DNA of 64,000 nt from positions 32,001-96,000 of IMG/VR virus record IMGVR_UViG_3300045241_000217, one strand, 5' to 3'. Of this stretch, positions 55,023 through 64,000 are shown piece after piece. Within the stretch, counting starts at the first letter, position 1. Every line of letters begins with the position of its first letter. The notes under the pieces were generated by a model that saw only the letters and a program-made list of their open reading frames with translations, was not told where the DNA came from and did no database searches. The stretch is from a virus. Made by a program: the position numbers and the translations under genes.

Positions 55023-55169
55023 GCGCTCGACCTCTTCGCGCCGACTGTAACGCGTCAGGGAGAAGAGCGCGACCGATGCGCTTGGGCTACCACTCCAGCG
55101 CGCGTCGCCGAAAGGCGAGACCGTGCCGCAACGCGCGGCGGCTTAGGCCCGATCACCGGGAGGGCCCGG

Positions 55170-55418
55170 TTAGGAGAGTACGGCCCAGAGCCCCGCGCAC
55201 ACCACGCTGACGGCGAGCGCGAAGGCCACGGCCACGAGGTGCACGTCGGCCGCCGTCCCGTGGCGATGCTCGCGGTTGTACCAGCGAACACGTGAGATCC
55301 ACTCCTGCGTCGCCAGCCGTTGCCGAAGCTTCCGTCGCGTCCCTTTGCGCGTCCTGCCGAGGATGACTCGACGCTGGTACGGGAGCAGGAAGATGATGCG
55401 CGACCGGCCCTCGATCAT
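55170..55418 (-). CDS. Small membrane protein
   Basis: TGATG coupling; C-terminal hydrophobic helix. Confidence 0.45.
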   Translation of the reverse strand: MIEGRSRIIFLLPYQRRVILGRTRKGTRRKLRQRLATQEWISRVRWYNREHRHGTAADVHLVAVAFALAVSVVCAGLWAVLS

Positions 55419-58400
55419 CAGCCGAACATGCTCCGCTGCTGCGTGTCCTCTCCGCCCTTGAGCGCTGCGGTGATCGTCGCGCGCAGCACGTCGCCCGGGC
55501 TCTTGCTCTCGCCGAACATGCTCGACTGCCCCTCGGGGTTCTGGCCCGCACGCTTCACGTAGTCACGCCACACTGCCGCCTGCTGCTGCGGGCCCGGCTT
55601 GCGGATGAGGAGCTCCAGGAGCGCCGTGGCGCTCTCGTTGCCGGCCACGGGGTGACGGTCCCCGAACAGGTCGTCGAAGTAGTTGAAGAGCCGCTTGAAC
55701 TGCGCGTCGGGCATCTTCGGATCCATGGCTCCGATCGCTCCGCTCTCCACCCGGTTCTGGAGGCTGTTGTAGGCCGAGAGCGCCACCGCGAGATCGCTGC
55801 CCACGTCGTAGCCGGCGCCGTAGGCCTTGGCCTGCACCATGTACGGCACGCTGCTCGCGATGTTGCCGACGAGCTTGGGGCCCGTGTTGCTCAGGATGTC
55901 CGCGTCTCCGACGAGGCGACCGACGAGGATGCGCTCGACGAGCACGCGCCCGTCCTCGTTCAGGAGCTTGGTGCCCTTCTTGAGGTACTGGCTGCTGTTC
56001 CGCTGATCGATGATGCCGTTGCGCATGAGCGCGTTCACGAAGCGCTCGCTCCGCGGACTGCCCAGGAAGTTGGCGAGCGTCTCGTCGCCCTGCATGTCGT
56101 TGCCGAGAGAGCCCAGCGTCTGATCGTCGAGCTTGCGGCCGAGCGCGACCTGCATCGTGCGTGGGTCCATCGCCTGCGTGAACGACTCGTTGAGTTGACG
56201 CACGAGCAGCCGCTGCGCATCCGCCGAGCGGTCCTCGGGATCGATCTCGCGCACGAGCACCGGGCGCTCGAGGGCGCCGACGTCCTCGGGGCGGAAGCCG
56301 AACTCGTGCGCGTGCTCGGCCAGGTACGTCGCGAGCGCGCGACCCTTCTCCTCGTGCTTCTCGTACGCGACCTGCATGGACATCGTGCGCGAGTTGCCGC
56401 CCAGCGCGATCACACCGTCGCCGTGCGACATGACGACCGGCGGTCCGTTCACCGCGTCGGGGTTGGTGTTCGCGACGAAGGCCGGGTTGAGCGCCTGCGC
56501 GTTGCGCACGACCTTGCCCTGTTCGGCCTGGTCTCGGTGGTACGCGCGTTCCTGGATGTTCTCCGGGTAGTCCTCGCGCTTGCGGAAGCTCTTGAGCGGA
56601 TCGTGGCTCGCGATGATCTCGCCAGCCTCCATGAGCCGGTAGCGCGCGCGCACGGCCTTCGGCTGCCCGTTGTCGCCCGCGACGTACACGTGCGTCTCGC
56701 CGCCGATTCGCTTCGGCTCCGGGGACGGGATGACGCTCGCCACCTCGACCATCGCGTCCCGCGCTTGCTCGGCCACGCGATCGCGCAGGCCGGGAAACGC
56801 CGTGGTGAGCATGTTGAGCTGCTGGATGGCCGTGCTTGAGAGCGCGGTGGCCAGCGCCTCGGCCGAGAACGACTCGTTGCCGCCGCCGCGAGCCTTCGCG
56901 AGGAGCGCCGAGAGTGCCGCGAGCTCGCGCTCCGCGTTGCGTGCGATGGTCGCGACGCGCGCCGAGAAGTCGTCTTCGGCGGAGCCCGAGCGCCGCATCT
57001 CGACGACGGTGCCGACGTGCGCGGCCGTGACGTGCTGCCCGCCCGCGACGTTCTCGGCTGCCGCCACGATCTCGTGGAACGAGCGCTGGTCGGTGCGCTT
57101 CGTGAGCACGCTGCCCACGACGGCCGCGCGCGCCTCGGGCTCCCAGCCGCGCCGCTCAAGCGCGTGCGCGAGGATCTCCTTGGCGCGCCACGGGTTCACG
57201 CCGGCGCGGTTGAACGCCTTCTGGAGCTTCGCGTAGACGGCCGGCACTCGCTTCTGGAGTGCCTCGAAGCGCTCTTCGTCCGTGTCGCCCGGGAGATCGT
57301 GGAGCATCTCGATCGGCACGTGCTTGAGCACGGCGTTCACGCTCTGCTCGGCGCGCTTCTCCGCCCACGCGTGGAACTTCTCGCCGTACGTGCCGGCCAG
57401 CATCGAGGCCCACTCGTCGGGCTTCACGCTCTTGCGCTCTCCGTTGATCTCCATGTGGATCACGCCGTCGCTGCCGACGTCGAGCACGTGCACGGTGCGC
57501 TCGTGATCGAGCTTCACCTCTTCGCCGGACGTCGCGTCTCGCGCGATCGAGCTCTCTCGGTAGAAGTACCTCCACGGGCGCTTCGGGTTCCCGGTGGGCA
57601 CGCGGCGGATGTACTTGTGGCCGCCGGCTGCCTTGTAGAGCGCCTCCATGCTCTTCTGGAGGCTGTCCTCGTCGAGCGGGATGTAGAAGAGCGACTTGCT
57701 GACGCTTGGGTCCTTGAACGCGAACCGCGTCGGCTCCTCCTCCTCTTCGTCGTCCTCCTCTTCGTCGTCGGATCCGTCGTCGGGCGTGCCCACCTCGTCG
57801 TCATCTTCGCCATCGGCGCCGTCGCCGAGCTCCTGGTCATCCATCTCGACCGGGCGAGCGGGGATGCCGCGCTCTCGCTGCGTGCGATCGGTGGCGCCGT
57901 CCACCTCGACCTGCGCTCGATCGTCGAGCAGTCGCGGGCGCGGTCGCAGCGTCTGCGGCGCGAGCAGGTCGTTGTCTCGGTCGGCCGATCGCGGCACACG
58001 CCCCGCGTCGGTCTGCGCGTTCACGGGCGAGCCGTCTTTCGATCCGCCGTGCGTCGCGGCCTCGCTGCCAGCCTTGTAGCGATCGAGCACCTGGTCGGCC
58101 GTAAGCATCGGCTCGCGATCACCAGGCGTCGCCTCCTCGCCCATGATCGAGGGTCGCAGCGTCGGCACGTAGTAGAGCGTCGGGTCCAGCGGGATGGCCA
58201 CCGTGCCACCGAGGAACCCGAAGTTCCCGCTCGCGCGATCGGCGTCGGCCTTGCGTCGGTTCGCCAGCGCCTCGGCCTCGCGCTGCCGGTTCTCGTCGTC
58301 GGGTGGCTGGCGGAAGATCGACTGGTAGTCCGGCATGGGCGGCGTGCTCGTGACGGGTGCGGCTCCGCCCGTTGGGCCCGCTGCGCCCACGGGTCCGCTC

Positions 58401-61400
58401 GAGCCCTTCACGAGATCGCTGAGGAGGATCACCGGGATCGGTGAGGAGGCGAGCGCGCGCTCGAGCGCTGCCTGCATCGGCTTGCCCTTCTTCCGCTTCC
58501 CGGGCGCGACGGTGCCGGCCTGCCGCTGCTCGGGAGTGGCCTGCGGCGCAGGTGCCTGCGGTGGTCCGCCTTCGAGGTTGCCGCGCGCCACCTCTCGCGC
58601 GTGCCACAGGTCTCCATCGCGGCTCGCCTGCTGCTCGGTCGCGTCGCGCTTGGCCTTCGCGGTGTTGAGCTCGCGCTCGAAGTTCCCACGCTGCTGCACG
58701 TCCTGTTGCCTGCGCTGCGCCGCCTGGTCGAGCGCCGGCTCCTGCGCGTGCACGTCGGCGAGCGCCTGCTCGGTCTCGCTCTGCGGAGCTCCGGGGGAGG
58801 GTGCGGCGCCCGGTGCTTGGTCGGCCGCTCCGAGCTTCGCGAGCGCGGCCGCGTTCGCCTGCTTCACCGCTGCGGCCTTCGGATCGTGCCCGAATCGAGC
58901 GTTGAACGCGTCGGCGTTGCCGAGCCCGAGCGCGTCCACCTCGCCCTCGTTGTCCGCCTGCGGCGCTTGTCCGTTAGTGGCGGGCGGTGCTTGGAGATCG
59001 AGCGGGCCCGGAGCGTTGGGGTCGGTCGCCACGCTCGCGTCCTGCTGTCCCGGTGCGGTCGGCCCTGTGCTCGGTCCGGGTGCGGCGCCAGCCTGCATGG
59101 CCTGCGCGCGCTGCGCGGCTGCCGGGTCGGCCTGCCCACCGAGCGCTCCGCTGACCTGCCCGAGCGCGTCCTTCGCTCCCTGCACGGCCTGACCGTGCTC
59201 GGCGCCCGCCTCGGCCATCTTCCGCTTCTGCGTCTTCTCGTGCGCCTCGAGCAGCCCACCCATCTCTTCGCCGAGGATCGATTGCGGCGCAGCCGCCTGG
59301 TTGAACGCGCGACCGAAGGCCTTGAGACCCTCGTGGATCTTGTGATCGCCCGCGGGGCTCTGCTGTCCGGCCTGGCGGAGCTTCATCCCCGTGACGACCA
59401 CGTTGAGCGCGGCTTCGAGTTGCGCCGCGAGCTCGGGGCTCTGCGCGCGGACGGCGTCCACGATCTTCTTGCCCGCTGCGCCGATGGCGTCGGCGTCGGG
59501 CAGCTCCTTGCCGCCCCCGCCTGCCTTCGGAGGCTGCCCGCCGGGGCCGGGCGGGTTCGCGGCGGGCGGCGGCTCCGCGCCGGGTGGCGTGATCGTGGGC
59601 GGGCCTGCCTGCGCGGGGGGCGGCGTCTGGCCAGGCTGCGCAACGGGCTTCGCGTCGGGGCCGTTGCCGTGCGCGTTCGTGCTCCCGTCGGCGTAGGTGT
59701 AGATGAACCCGCCCTTGCCGTCGGGCTTGCGGGTCTTCCACAGGTGCCCGGGCTTCTCGGCGCCCTTCTGGCCGAAGGCCTTCGCGAACTCGGTCCTGCC
59801 CGGCTCATGTCGCGCGACGCCGCTGCGACGGTCGGCCGCTCGCTTCTCGTGCTGCTCTTGCTTCTTGTCGTGCATCACCGCTGCGTGACGGAGGCCCACG
59901 TAGTGCTGGTGGTTCGCCGCGTTCTCGTGAGCCCGTGCAGCAGCGTCGTGGTCCTCGGGGGAGTCCGAGGCGAACGCGCGCGACGTCGCTTCGTACGCTG
60001 CGTCGCCAGCCTTGCGGGCTGCGCGGTGCTCCTTCGGGCTGCGCCACGGCTGCGTGTGGGCAGCGTCGGCGTACTTGCCGCCGTTGGGCCCGATGAACGG
60101 ACCGGGCGCGGCCGCCTTGGTGAGCGAGAGCGGGATGACGAACGACATGGGCATGGCCTTCTCGATTCCTTCGCGCACCGCTGCGTCTCGCACCGCGGTC
60201 AGCTTTCGCACCTGAGACTCCAGTCGCGCGGCATCGTGCTTCAACCGAAGTTCGGCCGACGCTTCCGCTCGACCGTACCCGTGCTCCGCGAGCATCGCCT
60301 GCTTCCACTGGAAGGTGACGTCGCGCACCGCTTCTGGACGTCGTGACCCGCTGATCTCGCTGTCTGCCTGTTGCCACGCGCGACCCGGACCCATCGCGAG
60401 CCACTTCTGACCTCGCGCGATGTTCGCTCGCGCCCACAGTTCGTCGGGAGCAGTGATCTCCGTGATGGGCGGTGGCGTGAGTACGTCCACGATCTCGTAC
60501 GCCCGCTCGCGCTTCGCTTCGAGCGCTGCCTGCTCTTGCCGCGTCGTCGCCAGTTCGTGCGTGGCCTTGCCGAGCGCCTTGGCTGCGCGCTCGAGCGTGC
60601 CGATGCGGCTCGCGGCCTCGGGGTCCTGCTTCTTCGCGCACCCGGTGCCCATGACGTGGTGAGAGCCGTCGGTGAGCTCGACGGTCGCGTGCACCTCGTG
60701 CTCCTTGCCGCACCGCTTGCAGACGCTCGACACGCCGCTGCCTGGGATCGGTCGGCTGTACTCCCGACCCATCGTGCCCTCGACCAGTTCACGCTCACGT
60801 GTGTCCTTGATCTCGACGATGCGCCGGATCTTTAGGTGCGCGTTCTCTGCGCTCCACGCGCGCGTGTGCTGGGCATCCGCCCACTTCCCACCCTTCGGTC
60901 CGATGAAGGGTCCACCCGACTTGAGCAGCCCAGCGGGGATCACGAACGTCATCGAGCGCAGGAGCGATTGCTGCTCACCCGGCTTCCGGTACGAGAGCAG
61001 CGAGAGCTGACTCGCTCGCGGCTTCTGCTCGCCGCCAGATCCACCGGCACCCTTCGGCTGGTGCGAGTCGGGGACGGGCAGGCCCATCGCGCGCACCTTG
61101 CCCACGTCGAGCGCATGCTTGCCGTTCGCGTTGCACGTGCGGCAGACACCGCTCGTCACGTGCTCCTCGCCGCCGAACATGTGCGCCTGTCGGCGGATGA
61201 TGTGCCCCAGGCCCTTGCACGACGGGCAGTTCGCGGGCGTGATCTTCCCGTGCTTGGCCGGGTCGTAGGCCACGGTGTGCTGCGCGTCCGCCCAGAGCCC
61301 TCCCTTGGGGCCGATGAACGGACCGGCGCCCATGCGGCCGACCATCTGCTCGACGAGATCATCGAGGCGCTGGCCGGTGTAGCCCTGGCGGGTGAGCGAG

Positions 61401-61750
61401 GAGCGCAGCGAGCGGCGACGGTTGGTCTCTTCGGCGCTCATTCGTCCGACGGCATCATCAGCGGCTTGCCCGCCCCACCCCTTCGCCTCAAGCGCATTGC
61501 TTGCGCGTCGCTTCTCGTCCGCGCTCATCCGCGCGTGCATGGGGACGTCGAGCATCCGGTTGAGCTCGATGTAGTAGTTCGGGCGCTCGGCGAGGTGCCC
61601 GGCATCCATGCGCTGGCGCTCCGCATCGCTCATCTTGCCCACGTGCTCGGGGAGGCGAGCGCCCTTCGGTGTCGCGGCCGCGAACTCGCGCGCGACTTCC
61701 GGTTCCTTCGCGAACAAGTACCTGCGCTGAGCTTCGGAGCGGAAGGGCAT
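55418..61750 (-). CDS. Giant polyvalent head-associated protein (~2110 aa) with C-terminal ddrB-like ParB domain
   Basis: Start MPFRSEAQRR; RYRL-x-E...ASHD...YP...Q-x-R-x-Y...A-x-NGPPVV...GGNSRTM; repeated short modules. Confidence 0.8.
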   Translation of the reverse strand: MPFRSEAQRRYLFAKEPEVAREFAAATPKGARLPEHVGKMSDAERQRMDAGHLAERPNYYIELNRMLDVPMHARMSADEKRRASNALEAKGWGGQAADDAVGRMSAEETNRRRSLRSSLTRQGYTGQRLDDLVEQMVGRMGAGPFIGPKGGLWADAQHTVAYDPAKHGKITPANCPSCKGLGHIIRRQAHMFGGEEHVTSGVCRTCNANGKHALDVGKVRAMGLPVPDSHQPKGAGGSGGEQKPRASQLSLLSYRKPGEQQSLLRSMTFVIPAGLLKSGGPFIGPKGGKWADAQHTRAWSAENAHLKIRRIVEIKDTRERELVEGTMGREYSRPIPGSGVSSVCKRCGKEHEVHATVELTDGSHHVMGTGCAKKQDPEAASRIGTLERAAKALGKATHELATTRQEQAALEAKRERAYEIVDVLTPPPITEITAPDELWARANIARGQKWLAMGPGRAWQQADSEISGSRRPEAVRDVTFQWKQAMLAEHGYGRAEASAELRLKHDAARLESQVRKLTAVRDAAVREGIEKAMPMSFVIPLSLTKAAAPGPFIGPNGGKYADAAHTQPWRSPKEHRAARKAGDAAYEATSRAFASDSPEDHDAAARAHENAANHQHYVGLRHAAVMHDKKQEQHEKRAADRRSGVARHEPGRTEFAKAFGQKGAEKPGHLWKTRKPDGKGGFIYTYADGSTNAHGNGPDAKPVAQPGQTPPPAQAGPPTITPPGAEPPPAANPPGPGGQPPKAGGGGKELPDADAIGAAGKKIVDAVRAQSPELAAQLEAALNVVVTGMKLRQAGQQSPAGDHKIHEGLKAFGRAFNQAAAPQSILGEEMGGLLEAHEKTQKRKMAEAGAEHGQAVQGAKDALGQVSGALGGQADPAAAQRAQAMQAGAAPGPSTGPTAPGQQDASVATDPNAPGPLDLQAPPATNGQAPQADNEGEVDALGLGNADAFNARFGHDPKAAAVKQANAAALAKLGAADQAPGAAPSPGAPQSETEQALADVHAQEPALDQAAQRRQQDVQQRGNFERELNTAKAKRDATEQQASRDGDLWHAREVARGNLEGGPPQAPAPQATPEQRQAGTVAPGKRKKGKPMQAALERALASSPIPVILLSDLVKGSSGPVGAAGPTGGAAPVTSTPPMPDYQSIFRQPPDDENRQREAEALANRRKADADRASGNFGFLGGTVAIPLDPTLYYVPTLRPSIMGEEATPGDREPMLTADQVLDRYKAGSEAATHGGSKDGSPVNAQTDAGRVPRSADRDNDLLAPQTLRPRPRLLDDRAQVEVDGATDRTQRERGIPARPVEMDDQELGDGADGEDDDEVGTPDDGSDDEEEDDEEEEEPTRFAFKDPSVSKSLFYIPLDEDSLQKSMEALYKAAGGHKYIRRVPTGNPKRPWRYFYRESSIARDATSGEEVKLDHERTVHVLDVGSDGVIHMEINGERKSVKPDEWASMLAGTYGEKFHAWAEKRAEQSVNAVLKHVPIEMLHDLPGDTDEERFEALQKRVPAVYAKLQKAFNRAGVNPWRAKEILAHALERRGWEPEARAAVVGSVLTKRTDQRSFHEIVAAAENVAGGQHVTAAHVGTVVEMRRSGSAEDDFSARVATIARNAERELAALSALLAKARGGGNESFSAEALATALSSTAIQQLNMLTTAFPGLRDRVAEQARDAMVEVASVIPSPEPKRIGGETHVYVAGDNGQPKAVRARYRLMEAGEIIASHDPLKSFRKREDYPENIQERAYHRDQAEQGKVVRNAQALNPAFVANTNPDAVNGPPVVMSHGDGVIALGGNSRTMSMQVAYEKHEEKGRALATYLAEHAHEFGFRPEDVGALERPVLVREIDPEDRSADAQRLLVRQLNESFTQAMDPRTMQVALGRKLDDQTLGSLGNDMQGDETLANFLGSPRSERFVNALMRNGIIDQRNSSQYLKKGTKLLNEDGRVLVERILVGRLVGDADILSNTGPKLVGNIASSVPYMVQAKAYGAGYDVGSDLAVALSAYNSLQNRVESGAIGAMDPKMPDAQFKRLFNYFDDLFGDRHPVAGNESATALLELLIRKPGPQQQAAVWRDYVKRAGQNPEGQSSMFGESKSPGDVLRATITAALKGGEDTQQRSMFG

Positions 61751-61782
61751 CGCCCGAGTGTGCCCCACGCTGGGCGAACGCG

Positions 61783-62085
61783 TCAGCCCTCCCTCTCGCC
61801 GCCACCGTCGCCGGTCAGCGTGGGAGGCCCCTGCGGACCGCTCGTCATGCTCTGCATCGCGTCGAGGGCTGCTTGCGCGTGGTCGCGTGCGCTGACCGCG
61901 TGCTGCGCGGCGAGCCCGATCGCGGGGAGCGTGCTCGACGAGATCTTCGCTGCTCGTCGGTACTCCCTCGCGTGCTCTCTCCACGCGGCGCGAGCTGCTC
62001 TCCACTCGTCGTGCGTGAGCGGTGGTAGCTCATGCTCGGCGAAGAACAGATCAAGCACGGTGGTCGCTGGTGTCGCGTGGCTCAC
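61783..62085 (-). CDS. Hypothetical protein
   Basis: GTGA-coupled start MSHATPA. Confidence 0.45.
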   Translation of the reverse strand: MSHATPATTVLDLFFAEHELPPLTHDEWRAARAAWREHAREYRRAAKISSSTLPAIGLAAQHAVSARDHAQAALDAMQSMTSGPQGPPTLTGDGGGEREG

Positions 62086-62261
62086 GCGTTCACCACCTGC
62101 CACCACTGGCAGATCGCGGACGGCGGTCGGTCTTTCGGCGGTGGCTGCTTGCACCGCACGCACTGCCCCTTGAGCACGCGACCCAAGCACTCGATCGAGA
62201 CGCAGGTGCGACCGACGTGGAAGCGAGGCGCTGGCGGGAGCGCGTGGGGTTGGTGGCTCAC
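62082..62261 (-). CDS. Small Cys-rich protein
   Basis: GTGA coupling at both ends. Confidence 0.4.
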   Translation of the reverse strand: MSHQPHALPPAPRFHVGRTCVSIECLGRVLKGQCVRCKQPPPKDRPPSAICQWWQVVNA

Positions 62262-64000
62262 GCGGGTACCTCGATCTCGAGTCGGTCTACCAGGTGGCGA
62301 AACTGAGGGGCGATGAGCGGGATGCCCATCATGCGGAGAGCCTTGTGGAGCATGGTGGAGGTGCGGAACGCATCGAAGATCGCATCGAAGTGCGGGGCGA
62401 GCGCGTCCACTTCGCTGTCCGTCGGCCAGAGGTGGAGCGCCGAGTGCGGGGCGTCGTCGGGTGCCCGTTTCCGCACCGCGACGAGGTACGTGTTCTCTCG
62501 CCCACGCTTCTCGAGCGTGCGTTGCACGTAGCGCTCGAAACAACGTGCGAACACCTCGTGGCCGCTGTGCCAGTAGGTGGCTTCCTTGTGATCCATCAGC
62601 CCGTGCTTCTGGAGCAGGTCGGTGGTCGAGCGTAGCCGCGTGCGGAACGCGTCCATCTCGCTCGACCCACGCAGCGCCGCGAACGACTTGGTGACCGGAT
62701 CGTCCTTCGGGTAGCTCGTGCTCGCGAAGCCGTGCGTGCCGCCTCCCTGCGCGACCTTGGCCACCACGTTGTCGAAGAAGTGGCCCCACTCGTGCGCGAG
62801 GCTGCCGGCGCCCTTCGCGCGCGTGAGATTGATCGCCAACTGCCCCGGCTCGTAATGAGCGAGAGCGCCTCCGCGACCGCGCGCGCCGATCGCGACTGCG
62901 AGCCGACCGTTGAACGACGCCATCGAAGCGGGCAGCCCGAGCACGTCGGTGAGATCGGCGAACGAGTCCACGAGGCTCTTGAGGTGATGTTCGCGCTCAT
63001 CGTCCGTGACGCTCTTGCCCCACTGCACGCCGCGCATCGCGTACTTGCCGCCGCTGCTCTTGTCGAGCTCGTCGAGCGCCTGCTTGGTGGTGCGGAAGTC
63101 TGACGCCGGCCCGCGACGCACCATCTTGTCGGTGTCGTAGACGGTCGAGAGATCGATCTTCTTTCCGCCCTTGCCCTCACCCTTGGTTCCGAAGGCGACG
63201 TTCATGCTCTTGCCCTCCACCAAGAGCTTCGCGTGATCGCCCATGCGAGTGACGCCCGCCTCGAGTGAGCCGTACTTGTCGCGGATGCGCTTGGCGAAAT
63301 CGTTCGCCTGGCCCATCGCGCTCGTCTTGCTGTTGCGGACCAGCGTGTTGTGCACATCGATCAGAGCCTTGGTCGCCGCGCTGCGGTTGCCCCACCGCGT
63401 CATCGACTCTTGGTACGCGCTCTTGATGAGTCCGACGAGTTGCTTGTGATCGACGCCGTCCTCCGCGCCACGCTGGACGATGTCCTTCGCCTTGTTCCAA
63501 GCCCAGTAGTAGCCCTCGCGCTGCTTGCGCTCGTGCTCTTCCTTCGTCGGCTGCGGGCCCTTGGATGGTTCGTATTCAAAACCGTGCGCCCCGTAGTGAC
63601 CCCCACCCGACGCGAAGCGGTCGCCGTCGTAGTGGCTGCCTGGCGGGAGGAACGGGATCTCCGGCTTCGGCGGGAACTTGTTGAGAGCGAGGTAGCCCAT
63701 GACGGCCGCCAACGCGGTCGCGGCGCTCGGGTTCTTCTGGAGTGTCTCGACGAGGTGCAGCGGCTCCTGACGTTGGAGGAAGTCGCGGGTGAACATCTCT
63801 GGGGCGTCTTTCGACGAGAGCGCTTCATGGAGGCTCTTCCACACCGCTGCCGCGTGACGAGCGCTGCCCATCACATCCTCGCCGCGCTGCTCGACACGAG
63901 ACGCTCTGTCGTTGATGTAGGCGCCATTCTCCTCGGCGGCCTTTGTCTCCTTCGCAGCCTGCTCGCGTGGTGTCTCCGGTGGCCCGTGTTTCGCGGCATG
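62258..64000 (-). CDS. Polyvalent protein with LPD1 zincin domain (5'-truncated by the window edge)
   Basis: RGVQWG, L-x-x-A-x-GARG...AHYEP...INLT...GAGSLAHEWGH-x-x-D, YW...E-x-FAR-x-FE; frame stays open to 64000. Confidence 0.85.
   Translation of the reverse strand, partial: HAAKHGPPETPREQAAKETKAAEENGAYINDRASRVEQRGEDVMGSARHAAAVWKSLHEALSSKDAPEMFTRDFLQRQEPLHLVETLQKNPSAATALAAVMGYLALNKFPPKPEIPFLPPGSHYDGDRFASGGGHYGAHGFEYEPSKGPQPTKEEHERKQREGYYWAWNKAKDIVQRGAEDGVDHKQLVGLIKSAYQESMTRWGNRSAATKALIDVHNTLVRNSKTSAMGQANDFAKRIRDKYGSLEAGVTRMGDHAKLLVEGKSMNVAFGTKGEGKGGKKIDLSTVYDTDKMVRRGPASDFRTTKQALDELDKSSGGKYAMRGVQWGKSVTDDEREHHLKSLVDSFADLTDVLGLPASMASFNGRLAVAIGARGRGGALAHYEPGQLAINLTRAKGAGSLAHEWGHFFDNVVAKVAQGGGTHGFASTSYPKDDPVTKSFAALRGSSEMDAFRTRLRSTTDLLQKHGLMDHKEATYWHSGHEVFARCFERYVQRTLEKRGRENTYLVAVRKRAPDDAPHSALHLWPTDSEVDALAPHFDAIFDAFRTSTMLHKALRMMGIPLIAPQFRHLVDRLEIEVPA

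Larger units (their letters stand above)
1..64000. mobile_element. Segment of a large contractile-tailed bacteriophage genome (virion morphogenesis module plus accessory insertions)
   Basis: Co-oriented portal, protease, scaffold, MCP, neck, sheath, tube, TMP, hub, spike, baseplate J and fibre genes; many HNH genes; no host genes or integrase seen. Confidence 0.95.

Noticed and set aside
52272-55295. Long plus-strand ORFs (also 7853-9508, 19656-22055, 24800-25513, 39649-41172, 49005-50954, 58601-60346)
   Set aside because: Antisense shadows of high-GC minus-strand genes; Arg/Val/Ala-rich with no recognisable motifs
61751-62005. 5' extension of the 2195-aa ORF
   Set aside because: Overlaps another coupled ORF; MPFRSEAQRR at 61750 with a -10-like box is the more plausible start
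1-64000. Host assignment or prophage status
   Set aside because: High GC and spanin/lipoprotein-like genes hint at a GC-rich diderm host, but no att site, integrase or host gene is in the window

Overview
This is a 64-kb piece of a very GC-rich (roughly 70% by eye) large tailed-phage genome with a contractile tail. No bacterial housekeeping genes, rRNA, canonical tRNA or CRISPR array are visible. The minus strand carries a nearly complete virion morphogenesis module with SPO1/Twort (Herelleviridae)-like gene order, read right to left: large polyvalent head-associated proteins (LPD1 zincin, ddrB-like ParB), portal, MuF-like head protein, prohead protease, scaffold, major capsid, head fibre, a lysis/membrane cluster, neck genes, sheath, tube, tail chaperones, tape measure, hub, spike, baseplate wedge/J and a beta-helix tail fibre. 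The terminase is not in the window. Accessory insertions, mostly on the plus strand, include six HNH endonuclease genes, a queC-queD-TGT-like (DpdA-like) 7-deazaguanine DNA-modification cluster and a PAPS-reductase-family gene. The most striking locus is 15108-16237. A stand-alone Cas7/RAMP-like gene is followed by three non-coding tracts with strict 5-nt periodicity (NGY-NN; 25, 25 and 16 units), each ending in CAAGG and separated by tRNA-like acceptor+T-arm elements. It is a candidate phage RNA-guided system with a non-contiguous dinucleotide code. Other notable signals are a conserved two-hairpin RNA leader shared by three HNH genes, an HNH cassette flanked by a recoded duplicate of a gene end, a promoter-attenuator leader repeated before the head and tail operons, leaderless TANNNT promoters, two large structured intergenic RNAs, and pervasive hydrophobic-x-K-[SAG] protease-type motifs in head proteins. 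All calls come from visual motif recognition and synteny; no database searches were run.
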